Assembly: GCA_043809585.1 (NCBI GenBank)
Contig: JBDROZ010000017.1
Span: forward strand, 1-64,000
DNA: 64,000 nucleotides
From: Candidatus Eiseniibacteriota bacterium
GTDB taxonomy: Bacteria > Orphanbacterota > Orphanbacteria > Orphanbacterales > Orphanbacteraceae
Direction: 5' to 3'
Positions 10,602-20,547 of the stretch are shown here, piece by piece. The position numbers and the translations under genes were made by a program. The notes under the pieces are model-generated. The model had not been told where the DNA came from, ran no database searches, and saw only the letters and a program-made list of their open reading frames with translations. Each line of letters begins with the position of its first letter. Positions within the stretch are counted from its first letter, which is position 1.

Positions 10602-12388
10602 CGGGCCGCTCCGGCGATGGCCTCTGCCACGGCGCGGGTCAGCCGGGCGTGCTCTTCCGCCGCGGCGCTCGGCGGGACGACGGCCTCCACGATGGAGCAT
10701 CCCTTCACGCGATGCGCCTCGGCCAGGGCTTCGCGGAGGTCCGCCTCGGTCAGAACCTTCCGGTAGCCGTGGCCGAAGAGGGCGGCGGCGTGGGAGAAGT
10801 CGAGACCGTGGGGCGTGGTCCAGAATTCGAGGAGCCCTCCCTCGACTTCGGAAGAGCCCGCGATCGGAAGCTGTTCGAAGATGCGCCCCCCGTTATTCTG
10901 GGCCACGACGATCAGGAAGGGGTGATCGAGATCCCGCGCGGCGGCGAGGCCTTGCAGGTCGTGGAGAAACGCGAGGTCGCCCATGTAGAGAGTGACCGGT
11001 CCGCCGCTCACACTGGCCGCGCCGGCGGCGCCGCTGATCAGCCCGTCGATGCCGTTCACCCCCTTCTGGTGCCAGACCCCGGCGTTCATCATCGCGCCGG
11101 GGCAGAAGCCGTCCACCTCCCGGATCGCCAGGCTGTTCGCCACGGCGAGGATCGCCTCGCCCCGCAGGGAAGAGACGACGGCCCTGGCGAGGGCCGCCTT
11201 CGTGATGGCCCCGCTCTCACTTCGGAGCCACTCGTCGGTGAAACGCCAGACCAGACCGTCCGCGGCGGCGAAGTCCTCGGTCCACCGGGAAGGGCGGGCG
11301 TACGGAGGTCCCCCCATCGATTCCTTCAACCGCTCCCCCACCTCGTCGATGACGCCGGTGAGCAAGGCGGTCGCCGTGTTCTGCGGGTCGTTCCAACCGT
11401 GGGGGGCGATCACGAACCGGGGGCAGGGAGGATGGGCGCGGAGGTAGCGCTCCCACGCCTTCGAAGTCGGCGGCGCGCCGACCTGGATCACGAGTTCCGG
11501 CCGGTGCCCGTCGCGGAACGCCGGGGCGCGGAGGAACGTGTCGAAGCCGTCGCACCGGAGGGGGCGGGCGATGCCGGTGAAGCGGACCTGGCTCGTCCCC
11601 TCCGCGAGGAGAGGAAACTGCAGGGTCTCGGCGAGCGCCGCGACCGCCTCCCGGGACCGGCGTCTCGCGAGGGGGGCCGGGCCGCAGACGATGAGCCCCC
11701 GGCGAGCGCCGCGGCACGCTTCGGCGAGGGCGTCGACGCCGCCGGGGTCCGGCGCCCATACCGCCGGGTAGGCCGCCGGGAAAGGCTCGCTCCGGATCTC
11801 GGCGACGCGCGCCTCGAGTTCCCGGTCCGCTCCGGGAGGGCCCGGCTCGAGGGGCTTCCGGAACCACGCGTTGAGATGGACCGCGCCGGGCGTCGGGTGC
11901 CGGGAATCGAACACCGCCTGGGCCGCCTTCCGGCGGAGCGCCCGGAGGGCGTCGGTGTCGCCGTCCGGGAGGCCGAGTTCATGGTAGCGCCTCGCGTAAG
12001 ACCCGAAGAGACGGATCTGGTCGGTGGTTTGGGGGGCGGCGTTTCCGTGCAGCTCGGGGGGGCGGTCGGCGGTGATCACGACGAGGGGCGTGTATGACCG
12101 GTCTGCTTCGATGACGGCCGGGTAGTAATGGGCGCCGGCGGTGCCGGACGTGCAGATCAGGAGGCTCGGCGCGCCGGTCGTCTTCGCCTGGCCCAGGGCG
12201 AAGAAGGCGGCCGACCTCTCGTCCACGATCGACCGGACCCGGAGGCCTCGGTGGCGGACCGCCGCGAGGGCGACCGGCGTCGACCGCGACCCCGGGCTGA
12301 CGACCGCCTCCCGGATCCCCGCCCGGACGAGGGCGTCGATCAGGAGCCCGGCCCACTCGGTTTGCAGATTCCGGTTCAGTTCGAACAA
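10598..12388 (-). CDS. menD: SEPHCHC synthase (ThDP-dependent)
   Basis: SPGSRSTP, VDERSAAFFALG, TSGTA, TADRPPEL, GVNGIDG, GDLAFLHD, NNGGRIF; start inferred at TTG 12388. Confidence 0.92.
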   Translation of the reverse strand: MFELNRNLQTEWAGLLIDALVRAGIREAVVSPGSRSTPVALAAVRHRGLRVRSIVDERSAAFFALGQAKTTGAPSLLICTSGTAGAHYYPAVIEADRSYTPLVVITADRPPELHGNAAPQTTDQIRLFGSYARRYHELGLPDGDTDALRALRRKAAQAVFDSRHPTPGAVHLNAWFRKPLEPGPPGADRELEARVAEIRSEPFPAAYPAVWAPDPGGVDALAEACRGARRGLIVCGPAPLARRRSREAVAALAETLQFPLLAEGTSQVRFTGIARPLRCDGFDTFLRAPAFRDGHRPELVIQVGAPPTSKAWERYLRAHPPCPRFVIAPHGWNDPQNTATALLTGVIDEVGERLKESMGGPPYARPSRWTEDFAAADGLVWRFTDEWLRSESGAITKAALARAVVSSLRGEAILAVANSLAIREVDGFCPGAMMNAGVWHQKGVNGIDGLISGAAGAASVSGGPVTLYMGDLAFLHDLQGLAAARDLDHPFLIVVAQNNGGRIFEQLPIAGSSEVEGGLLEFWTTPHGLDFSHAAALFGHGYRKVLTEADLREALAEAHRVKGCSIVEAVVPPSAAAEEHARLTRAVAEAIAGAAR

Positions 12389-13791
12389 TCGCCGATCCCC
12401 AACGCCCGAAGCATCGGTTTCTGTTTCGTGCTCGTCTCCTCGTACTCCTTGTCGGGGTCCGAGTCGTGCACGATGCCCGCGCCGGCGTACAGGTGGGCGC
12501 GCCGCCCGTCGAGAACGCCGCAGCGGATCGCCACGGCGAAGTCCCCCCGCCCGGCGCCGTCGAACCACCCGATCGGTCCGGCGTACCAGCCGCGCTTGTC
12601 CGGCTCGTTCTCGACAATCCACCGCACCGCGTCCGCGGTCGGGACGCCGCCGACCGACGGGGTCGGATGAAGGGCCGCGACCAGCTCGAGGATGTGGGTG
12701 TCCCGGGCGAGGACGCCCCGCATCGGAGTGTGGAGGTGCATGACGTTTCGGAGCTCCCGGACCTGAGGACGCGCCGGGACCCGGAGCTCGGGGCAGTGGG
12801 AGTCGAGCTTCCGCTGGATCGCGTCGACGACCAGCTCGTGTTCGCCGAGGTCCTTTTGGCTCTCCAGGAGCTCGATCATCCTAAGGTGCTGCATGTCCTC
12901 GCTTCCGGCGGTGTCGATCGAACCGGCGAGGGCTTCGGTGGCGATCTCCCGCCCCCGCTGCCAGAGGAGCCGCTCCGGCGTGGCGCCGAGGAACACGCGC
13001 CCGCCCCGGCGGAAGAGGAATCGGTAGCAGTCGGGGTAGCTCCGTTCGAGGCGATGGAAGACGAGAATCGGGTCGATGTCGGCCGCGAGGTCGGCCACGG
13101 CCCGCCGGGCGGCGACGACTTTGGAAAAGCGCTCCTCCCGGATTCCTTCGCGGATCGACTCGACCATTTCGGTCCAGCGGGCGCGGTCCATCTGCTCGAT
13201 CCGCGCCTCCACCGACGCCGGCTCCTCCCGTCTCGCCGGGGCCTCCAAGGCGAGGAGCAGATGGGGAAGGTCCTCGAGGTAATCGTCGACCCGGGCCCGG
13301 TCCTCTTCGCCGTGAACGGCGAGGGAGAGCCATCCTTCCCCGTCCCTCCTGCCGTAACGCCAGCGGGGGACGACGAAGGACCCGTCGGAGAAGTGGGTCC
13401 ACGGCTCTTCGTCGCCGTGCCCGCTCTCGAAGGCAAGACCGCCGAAGAGGGCGGCCGGCGGCGCGTCCCCCTCCCGGGGGGCGTATTCGTGAAGCGACCT
13501 TTTCAGACGGATCGATTCTTCGAGAAGGTGGGGGATGCGGTTTTCCCCGCGGGTTTCGATCGACCACGCCACGCCGGCGCCGGCGAACCGGGCCCCTTCG
13601 GGGGGGTTCCAGACGAATCCGTCTTCCGTGGGGAGGGCCTCGACGAGGGCCTCGGGCCGGCCTCCGGGGAGCGCGACGGTGACCACCACGGTCTCCGCCT
13701 TCCGGGGAGCGGCGGCGACACGCTTCCGGATGAAGTCCCGGAGGGCGCTCGCGCGGGTCATCTCCGTGTTGTCGGAAAAGGGGGCCTTCAT
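12376..13791 (-). CDS. menF: Isochorismate synthase
   Basis: KVVAAR, GATPERL, EALAGS, HPTPSVGG, RGWYAGPIGW, YAGAGIV; first gene of the men cluster. Confidence 0.88.
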   Translation of the reverse strand: MKAPFSDNTEMTRASALRDFIRKRVAAAPRKAETVVVTVALPGGRPEALVEALPTEDGFVWNPPEGARFAGAGVAWSIETRGENRIPHLLEESIRLKRSLHEYAPREGDAPPAALFGGLAFESGHGDEEPWTHFSDGSFVVPRWRYGRRDGEGWLSLAVHGEEDRARVDDYLEDLPHLLLALEAPARREEPASVEARIEQMDRARWTEMVESIREGIREERFSKVVAARRAVADLAADIDPILVFHRLERSYPDCYRFLFRRGGRVFLGATPERLLWQRGREIATEALAGSIDTAGSEDMQHLRMIELLESQKDLGEHELVVDAIQRKLDSHCPELRVPARPQVRELRNVMHLHTPMRGVLARDTHILELVAALHPTPSVGGVPTADAVRWIVENEPDKRGWYAGPIGWFDGAGRGDFAVAIRCGVLDGRRAHLYAGAGIVHDSDPDKEYEETSTKQKPMLRALGIGDCSN

Positions 13792-13869
13792 GGTGATGCC
13801 TCGATGTCAGCCGCTCGGGGAACGCGCGCCGGGGCCGAGGGCGTGCGGGATTCTGCCGTCTCTATGGCA

Positions 13870-15555
13870 TTATACGCCCGCCCGGCTTCTATTTCCACAA
13901 CGCCGGCGTCGCCGGTTCGAGGCTGTCGCCGGCGGGGCCGCCGGCGCCGGTGTCCGGAACGCCCTCCACGCCTGCGCCACCAGGACGAGGGCGAGGAGGA
14001 AAAGGACCACGGCGATGGCGCGGACGATGCCGGTCTGCCCTCCTCCGAGGATCAGGATGCCTAGGGCCCAGAGGGTCATGACCACCATGAAGACCATCGG
14101 CACGAGAGTGAAGAGCGCCTTCTTGCCGGAGCGGCGGAGCCAGAGGCTCGCGACGAGGAGGGCGAGGCCGGCGAGGAGCTGGTTCGTGGCGCCGAAGACG
14201 GGCCAGATGGCGCGCCAGGCGGGGACCGGATTCCCCTCGGCATCGGTCAGTGCCACGAATACGAAGACGAGGGGAAGGGCGAGAGAGAAGGCGGTGCCGA
14301 ACGCCCGCCCGCCCGCGCCGGGGATCCCGAAGAGCTCCTGGAAGATGTAGCGGGAAATCCGCGTGCAAGTGTCGAGGGTCGTGAGGAGAAACGTCGAGAG
14401 GGCGAGGAACCCGAAGTGAGCCCCCATCGATTCGGGGATCCCGATCGCCGAGAGGAACCGGCCCATGCCGCCGGCGAAGACGGCCATCGGGTTCGTGCCG
14501 GCGAGGCTCGAACCGGGCGCCAGGATCATCACGGCGCCGAGGGCGATGACGGCGAGCACGCCTTCGACGAGCATCGCGCCGTAGCCGATCCGCTTCGCGT
14601 CCCCCTCCCGGGCGAGCTGCTTCGACGATGTGCCGGACGCCACGATCGAATGGAAACCGCTGCAGGCGCCGCACGCCACGGTGATGAAGAGGATGGGGAA
14701 GAGGGGCCCGATCTTGGCGTGAAGCCCGGTGAAGGCGGGGTAGGTGACGGGTATGCCCCCGATCAGAATTCCGACGAACCCCCCGACGATCGATCCGTAG
14801 AGAAGGAACGACGATAGGTAGTCGCGGGGCTGCAGCAGCGCCCAGACCGGCGTGACCGACGCGACGAAGCAATACGCGAGAAGAAGCAGGTCCCACGTGC
14901 GTTTGGGGCTGCCTTGGATCCCGGGGAGGGAGAGGGGGGCTTTCGCGCCGAGGACCAGGGCGCCGAAGAGGAGAACGAGAAAGAGCGCGGTCACCGGACC
15001 GAGGCGCGCCCTGAGCCTGTTCAGCGCGAATCCGAGCAGGACGGCGAGGCCGATGAAGGCGAGGGAGGAGGTGGCGACGGCGCCGTCCGCGGCGAAAGTG
15101 GTCGACGTCAGATCGAGGAAGACGATCAGCACGTAGACGAGGGCGAGCCATATGAAGATCAGGAAGAGGATGTAGCCGGTGCGGCTCATGTGGAGGCGGG
15201 CGATCTCGGCGATGGATCGTGCCCGGTTCCGGATGGAGGCAACCATGGAGGCGAAGTCGTGGACCCCGCCGATAAAGATCGAACCGAGGACGATCCAGAG
15301 AAGCGCGGGGACCCATCCGAAGGCGAGGCCGGCGATGATCGGCCCGACGATGGGGCCGGCGCCGGCGATGGAGGAAAAGTGGTGGCCGAAGAGGACGGGG
15401 GCCCGCGTGGGGACGTAGTCGACGCCGTCCCCCATGGTGTTCGACGGCGTCGGCCGTGTGTCGTCGAGGTCAAACCGCCGGGAGAGCCATGCGCCGTAGA
15501 AGCGGTAGGCGAGGGCGAAGGCGAATACGGCGAGACCGAAGACGACGGGCAGCAC
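13870..15555 (-). CDS. cstA: Carbon starvation protein CstA family transporter
   Basis: DGVDYVPT, FGHHFSSIAGAGPIVGP, LQPRDYL, ACGACSGFHS, FGATNQLLA; GTG 15555 preceded by GGAGG. Confidence 0.92.
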   Translation of the reverse strand: MLPVVFGLAVFAFALAYRFYGAWLSRRFDLDDTRPTPSNTMGDGVDYVPTRAPVLFGHHFSSIAGAGPIVGPIIAGLAFGWVPALLWIVLGSIFIGGVHDFASMVASIRNRARSIAEIARLHMSRTGYILFLIFIWLALVYVLIVFLDLTSTTFAADGAVATSSLAFIGLAVLLGFALNRLRARLGPVTALFLVLLFGALVLGAKAPLSLPGIQGSPKRTWDLLLLAYCFVASVTPVWALLQPRDYLSSFLLYGSIVGGFVGILIGGIPVTYPAFTGLHAKIGPLFPILFITVACGACSGFHSIVASGTSSKQLAREGDAKRIGYGAMLVEGVLAVIALGAVMILAPGSSLAGTNPMAVFAGGMGRFLSAIGIPESMGAHFGFLALSTFLLTTLDTCTRISRYIFQELFGIPGAGGRAFGTAFSLALPLVFVFVALTDAEGNPVPAWRAIWPVFGATNQLLAGLALLVASLWLRRSGKKALFTLVPMVFMVVMTLWALGILILGGGQTGIVRAIAVVLFLLALVLVAQAWRAFRTPAPAAPPATASNRRRRRCGNRSRAGV

Positions 15556-15629
15556 GGCGGCACCTCCGGAGAGCGTGGTCTCCCCTGAAGGTATGACGGG
15601 CGGGCCGATCAATCAAATGGAGAAGAAGA

Positions 15630-15685
15630 TGGTTAGGTAACCAGATACCATATTTCAGGTCCCCGGCCTTTCGGAACCAGATACC
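15630..15685. promoter_or_regulatory. Candidate operator upstream of cstA
   Basis: Perfect palindrome TGGTTA-GG-TAACCA (15630-15643) and direct repeat AACCAGATACC (15639-15649, 15675-15685) in an AT-rich patch. Confidence 0.45.
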
Positions 15686-15937
15686 CCTTCGCTTCGCTCC
15701 GGGAGGGATAGAGGGGCAGACTTGAACGCTCGTCGCACAGCGGGGGATAATCCTCCCTTTCTCCGGGCTCGCAGAGGAGGCGTCGCGTAAGACGGCAACA
15801 ACTCCCCGGTTATGCCCCCATCCCTCCCGGAGCCGCTCCCCCGCCTCGCCGTCCTCCTGACGGCTATCGCCCGCGAGCACAACTGTTCCGATGTGCAGAG
15901 GAGGGGTTCGAGGAGAATGGAAACTTCGGAGCGACCC

Positions 15938-16795
15938 CTACTCCGCCAGCCGGAACTCGACGCGGCGGTTGGCGGCGTAGGCCTCCTCGGTCGTGCCGTC
16001 GACCAGGGGGAGGGACTCGCCGAAACCGATCGACGTCAGGCGCCCTTCCGCGATGCCGAAATTGCCGACGAGGTAGGCGCGGACCGCGTTCGCCCGGCGC
16101 CGGCTGAGACCGAAGTTGTACTCGTCGCTCCCCCGTTCGTCGGCGTGGCCCTCGACCCGGATCGCCCACTCGGGGTGGTTTTTCAGAACCTCTCCGATGG
16201 TCCGGAGGGCCGGTTCCGATTCGGGGAGAATGTCGCTTCGGTCGAAGGCGAAGTGAATCCGGGTCGTCCGGAGGACGCCCGAGGTTTCGAGCTCCACCGC
16301 CGCTTCCTCGGCCGTTAGGTCAGCCAGGTCCGGGCCGGCGCCGGGGGGAAGGACGCCGACGAAGCTCGTCGGACCTCGTGCCGGGACGGTCCCGGCCGGA
16401 GTGATTTCGACCTTGAGGGGGCCGGTTCGGGCGGTGATGAAGCCGGTTCCGGGAGTGGCGGAGCTCTTCTCCGCCGCCAGCAGGCCGAGTTCCTCCAGCA
16501 GCAGCCGGTTCATCCGGTCCCGCCACGGCCCAGGGATCGGGGAATCGTCGGGAACCGCCGGCCGCTTCACCGAGCGGATCTTGACGCCCCCGGGGGTTCC
16601 GTAGCGGACGTAGAGAATTCCGGGCTCGGGAACGGGAACGACCGCGTCCTTTCCCTCCGGTCCCGGCTCCGACGCACCCGCGCCGGCCGCCGCCAGGAGG
16701 ATCAAGGCGGCGGTCCGGAGAAAACTCCGGACCGCCCCGCGGGTTCTCCGCTCCGCTCGTCCCCGTGGGGGAGCGGTGTCGCGGATGGTTCTCAT
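15938..16795 (-). CDS. OmpA C-terminal (peptidoglycan-binding) domain protein with signal peptide
   Basis: IHFAFDRS, VEGHADERGSDEYNFGLSRRRA, GFGESLP, NRRVEF; ATG directly follows the upstream TAA. Confidence 0.9.
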   Translation of the reverse strand: MRTIRDTAPPRGRAERRTRGAVRSFLRTAALILLAAAGAGASEPGPEGKDAVVPVPEPGILYVRYGTPGGVKIRSVKRPAVPDDSPIPGPWRDRMNRLLLEELGLLAAEKSSATPGTGFITARTGPLKVEITPAGTVPARGPTSFVGVLPPGAGPDLADLTAEEAAVELETSGVLRTTRIHFAFDRSDILPESEPALRTIGEVLKNHPEWAIRVEGHADERGSDEYNFGLSRRRANAVRAYLVGNFGIAEGRLTSIGFGESLPLVDGTTEEAYAANRRVEFRLAE

Positions 16796-18991
16796 TTACA
16801 TCCCCCAGCCCACGCCGACGATCACCCGGTGGAGGCTGTAGATGTCGATACCCTGGTGCTCGACGAAGGCGTTGTACTTCCCGAAGTCCTTGGTGAAACC
16901 GTAACCGAGGTTCAAGACGCCTTCCTGTTTGTCCCGGCCTTCGGCTTTCTTGTTGAAGAAGAGAATGCCGGCGCCGGCGCTGACGTAGGGCTGGATTCCC
17001 TGGACGTCGATGTGCTCTCCGAGGTCCCAAACCAGGTTCGCGCCGATCAACGTGGACGTCCCATTGAAGAACCCGAAGGCCACTTCCGGCACGTAGTAGA
17101 TGGGCCAGGTGCCGCCTTCACGCTTCAGCGGAAGACGCCCGCCGAGAATCCACTGGTCCGGCTTGTCCACGTTCGCGCCCGTGTAGATCTGTCCCCCGTG
17201 AAAGACGAGGCCGTTGCCGCCCGCACCCGCCGGCGAGGCGGATTCACTCACGACGACGACGGGGGGCGACGACGTGGTTACGGTCGCCGGTCGGTTCGCG
17301 ATCTCTTCCTGGACCCGTTTCTCGACCCGGCCGTCGATCTTCTTCATCAGCCGCTCTTCGAGAACGGAGAGGTTCTCGTCATCCATGCCGACGGATTCGG
17401 CGGCGCGCATCGAATCGTGGGCCGCCGTCATCTCGTCCCGGAGGACCGCACGAATCGCCTTCCGCATCGCGTCTTCCTCCGTCCGGGAAATGTCGCCGGA
17501 AGGGGCGGGGGCCGTCGTTCCGGGGGCTGCCTTCATGGGCGCCGCTTCCGTGTCGGTCTTGGTCTCGATCGTCACCGCCCCCGGTTCGCCGTAGCGGACG
17601 TAGATCTCACCGACCGTCGGCACGGGGATGGTCACCACCCGGTCACCCTGGTATGTGCGGACGGGGCTCGCCATCCACTCGGCGGGCTCCTTCACCACTT
17701 CCTTCTCCACCACCACCGTCTCGACGACCGCTTTCTCCGGCGCCGCGACGGTCTTCACCTTGGCCGCCGACACCGTTGCCGGGTACGGCTCGACATCGGC
17801 GGTTTTCGGAGCCCCCTCCCCTCCGCCGAACGTGAATGTCATGCCGGCGGTGTACATCCAGTTGTGGAAGAGTTCGTCCGGGTTGTCCGTGTCTTCCAGG
17901 TTCGAGGGGCCGAATATGTAGTCCCGGGCGTCGACGTTCACGCGCCACCGATCGGCCAGCGTGAAGCTGATACCGCCGCCGGCGATCAGGACCATCTCGT
18001 CATCGTGGCGGAGGCTGTCGGGGTCCTTGAACCCGCCCATGAAGTCGAGGTTGCCCACGCCGAGAAGCAGGTGGGGCTCCACGCCGGGGGAGGGGTTCAG
18101 GTTGAACTGGGTCTCGAACCCGTAGCTCTGGATCTGCTCGGTCTTGCCGAAGTCGCTCTCCGTGCCCCGCCAGTAGTAGCCGCGGAGATCGACGAAGGGC
18201 CCGAAGCCGATGCCGGTCCGAACGCCGACGAGTTCCGTGTTGTCCAGGTTCACGCCGGAGTCGTAGTCGAGCCGGCCGGCGAAGGGCTCGAACTTCCAGG
18301 AGGCGCCGGTGATGCCGCCGGAGAATTTGTTTCGCAATTCCCGGTCCGCGGCGGTTTCGCCGGAGTAGCCGCCGAGGAAGAAGTTGAGGCCTCCGCCGAT
18401 CACGAAGTTGTGCTCGAGGTCGTTGGTGTCGCCCTCTTTCTCGGGGACGAAGCTGGAGCCGGGCCGGATCAGGGCGTCTTCCGCGTAGAACACGGCCTCG
18501 ACCCGCTCGCTCACCGCGAAACGGAGCCCGGCACCGGCCTTCAGGCCGATCTTCTTGAATCGATCACCCTCGTCCGGATCGAAGCGGTAAATGCCGCCGC
18601 CGCCGTAAATGAAGGGAAGCACCGTTCCGCGGGGGAACTGCAGCGCCAGGTCGGCGCCGTAGTTCGCCACGTCCACATTGCCGAGCGTGGACGCATCGAC
18701 GCCCTCCGGGGCTTCGATCTCGATGTCCGTGTTGCCGAAGTAGAAGCCCCGAAGCGCCACGTACCGGCCGAAGTTGATGCCGAGACGGCCGCCGTACAAG
18801 AAATCGTCCTGGAGGTCGATGTCCTTGTTCCACTGCATGTGATCAACGCCGGGCGCCAGCGAGTAGCTGAGGCCCTGGATGCCGCCCGCGAAGGCAGGCG
18901 CCGCCGTGAACGCGAGAGCGAAGAACAGGGCCGGGATGAACGCGCCATTGCGGAGCGCTTCCGTTGCGGATCGGGGGAATCTACGAATCAT
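16796..18991 (-). CDS. Outer-membrane protein with three predicted small beta-barrel domains and a periplasmic linker/coiled coil
   Basis: RBS AAGGAGG before ATG 18991; signal peptide ending APAFA; alternating aromatic/Gly strands (YGGRLGINF, PFIYGGGG, GVRTGIGF, YTAGMTFTF, PYVSAGAG, LNLGYGF, VGVGW). Confidence 0.7.
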   Translation of the reverse strand: MIRRFPRSATEALRNGAFIPALFFALAFTAAPAFAGGIQGLSYSLAPGVDHMQWNKDIDLQDDFLYGGRLGINFGRYVALRGFYFGNTDIEIEAPEGVDASTLGNVDVANYGADLALQFPRGTVLPFIYGGGGIYRFDPDEGDRFKKIGLKAGAGLRFAVSERVEAVFYAEDALIRPGSSFVPEKEGDTNDLEHNFVIGGGLNFFLGGYSGETAADRELRNKFSGGITGASWKFEPFAGRLDYDSGVNLDNTELVGVRTGIGFGPFVDLRGYYWRGTESDFGKTEQIQSYGFETQFNLNPSPGVEPHLLLGVGNLDFMGGFKDPDSLRHDDEMVLIAGGGISFTLADRWRVNVDARDYIFGPSNLEDTDNPDELFHNWMYTAGMTFTFGGGEGAPKTADVEPYPATVSAAKVKTVAAPEKAVVETVVVEKEVVKEPAEWMASPVRTYQGDRVVTIPVPTVGEIYVRYGEPGAVTIETKTDTEAAPMKAAPGTTAPAPSGDISRTEEDAMRKAIRAVLRDEMTAAHDSMRAAESVGMDDENLSVLEERLMKKIDGRVEKRVQEEIANRPATVTTSSPPVVVVSESASPAGAGGNGLVFHGGQIYTGANVDKPDQWILGGRLPLKREGGTWPIYYVPEVAFGFFNGTSTLIGANLVWDLGEHIDVQGIQPYVSAGAGILFFNKKAEGRDKQEGVLNLGYGFTKDFGKYNAFVEHQGIDIYSLHRVIVGVGWGM

Positions 18992-19167
18992 GATATCCGT
19001 CCTCCTTGGCTTCCGGGGACCGCCTCGCCTCCCACCCCCTCGGGCCGGGCGTGGCAATCCCCTGCGAAGTTGGACAGCCGAGGGGACGGGGGAGTCACAT
19101 GGGCGAACAGAAAGATGAAAGTCGTTGATTCTTCTCTGGTTCCGAAGCGGCCCCTCCCCCCGGGGCG

Positions 19168-19196
19168 TTGACAAGAGGGCGCGAATCGTATTGAAT
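19168..19196 (+). promoter_or_regulatory. Candidate sigma70 promoter for glgC
   Basis: TTGACA-17 nt-TTGAAT. Confidence 0.4.
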
Positions 19197-19241
19197 GACA
19201 ACGAGTAAGCGGAATCGGCCCCGGGCGGAAGGCGGACGGGC

Positions 19242-20528
19242 ATGGCGCGAAGCGCGGCGGAACTGAGAAAGGTGGTGTCGGTCATCCTCGGCGGTGGCCG
19301 GGGGACCCGGCTCCTCCCCCTCACCGAACGGCGGGCGAAACCGGCGGTCAGCTTCGGCGGGAAGTACCGTCTCATCGACATCCCCATCTCGAACAGCATC
19401 AACTCGGACATCCGCAAGATCTTCGTGCTCACCCAGTTCCTCTCCGCCGGGCTCCACAGCCACATCAACCGCACCTACCGGATGGACGGCTTCTCGGACG
19501 GCTTCGTCGAGATCCTTGCCGCCGAGCAGACTCAGACGAGCAAGACCTGGTTTCAGGGGACCGCCGACGCGGTGCGCCACGGCCTCCGCTATCTGCTCCG
19601 GACCCCGGCCGAGCACGTCCTGATTCTCGCGGGGGACCAGCTCTACCACATGGATTTCCGCACCATGCTCGAAACCCATCTCGACGCCGGGGCGGACCTC
19701 ACCCTCGCGGCGACCCTGGTGGCGGAGCCCGAGGTTCCCCGCATGGGCATCCTCCGGGTCGACGGCGGGGGCAGCGTGATCGACCACGTGGAAAAGCCCG
19801 AGGCCCGGGACGTGATCGAGAGCCTCCGGGCGCCCGGAGAGCTCCGGGCCCGTCTCGGCGACGGCGACCCGGCCCGCGCCCATCTCGGTTCGATGGGCAT
19901 CTTCCTCTTCCGGCGGTCGGCGCTTATCGATCTTCTCGAAGAAGACGAGTCCCGAAAGGACCTCTCCCGGGAAGTGATCCCTGCCGCCCTCGGGCGTTAC
20001 CGGGTCGTGTTCCATCCCTTCGACGGCTACTGGGAGGACGTGGGGACCCTGCGCAGCTTCTTCGAGGCGAATCTCGATCTCACCGGCCTGAACCCCAAGT
20101 TCAATCTGTACGATCCGCTGAACCCCCTCTTCTCGCGCACCCGGTTCCTGCCCGCCGCGAAGATCCAGAACACGACGCTCGACCAGGCGCTCGTGGCGGA
20201 GGGATCGATCATCGAGGGGGCGCGGATCTCCCGGGTCGTGATCGGTCTCCGGAGCGTGGTCCGCCGCGGATGTGAGATCCGCAATTCGATCCTCATCGGG
20301 AACGACTCGTACGAGATCGACTTCGACGGGCCCCGCCGCCGCGCCGAAATCGGCCCGGATACGTTCATCGAGAACGCGGTGATCGACAAGAACGTGGTGA
20401 TCGGCGCGGGCTCGGAGATCCGGGGCCGCCCGGGCGAACCGGACCGGGACGGCCCGGGATTCGCGGTCCGGGACGGCATTGTCGTGATCCCCGAGGGGAC
20501 CGTGCTCCCGCCGGGCACGCGGGTGTAG
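19242..20528 (+). CDS. glgC: Glucose-1-phosphate adenylyltransferase
   Basis: GGGRGTRLLPLT..RAKPAV, GGKYRLIDIPISN, WFQGTADAV, GDQLY, EKP, GYWEDVGT, hexapeptide C-terminus. Confidence 0.92.
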   Translation: MARSAAELRKVVSVILGGGRGTRLLPLTERRAKPAVSFGGKYRLIDIPISNSINSDIRKIFVLTQFLSAGLHSHINRTYRMDGFSDGFVEILAAEQTQTSKTWFQGTADAVRHGLRYLLRTPAEHVLILAGDQLYHMDFRTMLETHLDAGADLTLAATLVAEPEVPRMGILRVDGGGSVIDHVEKPEARDVIESLRAPGELRARLGDGDPARAHLGSMGIFLFRRSALIDLLEEDESRKDLSREVIPAALGRYRVVFHPFDGYWEDVGTLRSFFEANLDLTGLNPKFNLYDPLNPLFSRTRFLPAAKIQNTTLDQALVAEGSIIEGARISRVVIGLRSVVRRGCEIRNSILIGNDSYEIDFDGPRRRAEIGPDTFIENAVIDKNVVIGAGSEIRGRPGEPDRDGPGFAVRDGIVVIPEGTVLPPGTRV

Positions 20529-20547
20529 CCCGATCCGCCGGAGGAAT

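Noticed and set aside
13869-13874. TATAAT on the minus strand upstream of menF
   Set aside because: Overlaps the cstA stop and lacks a properly spaced -35 or extended TG; not supported enough to list.
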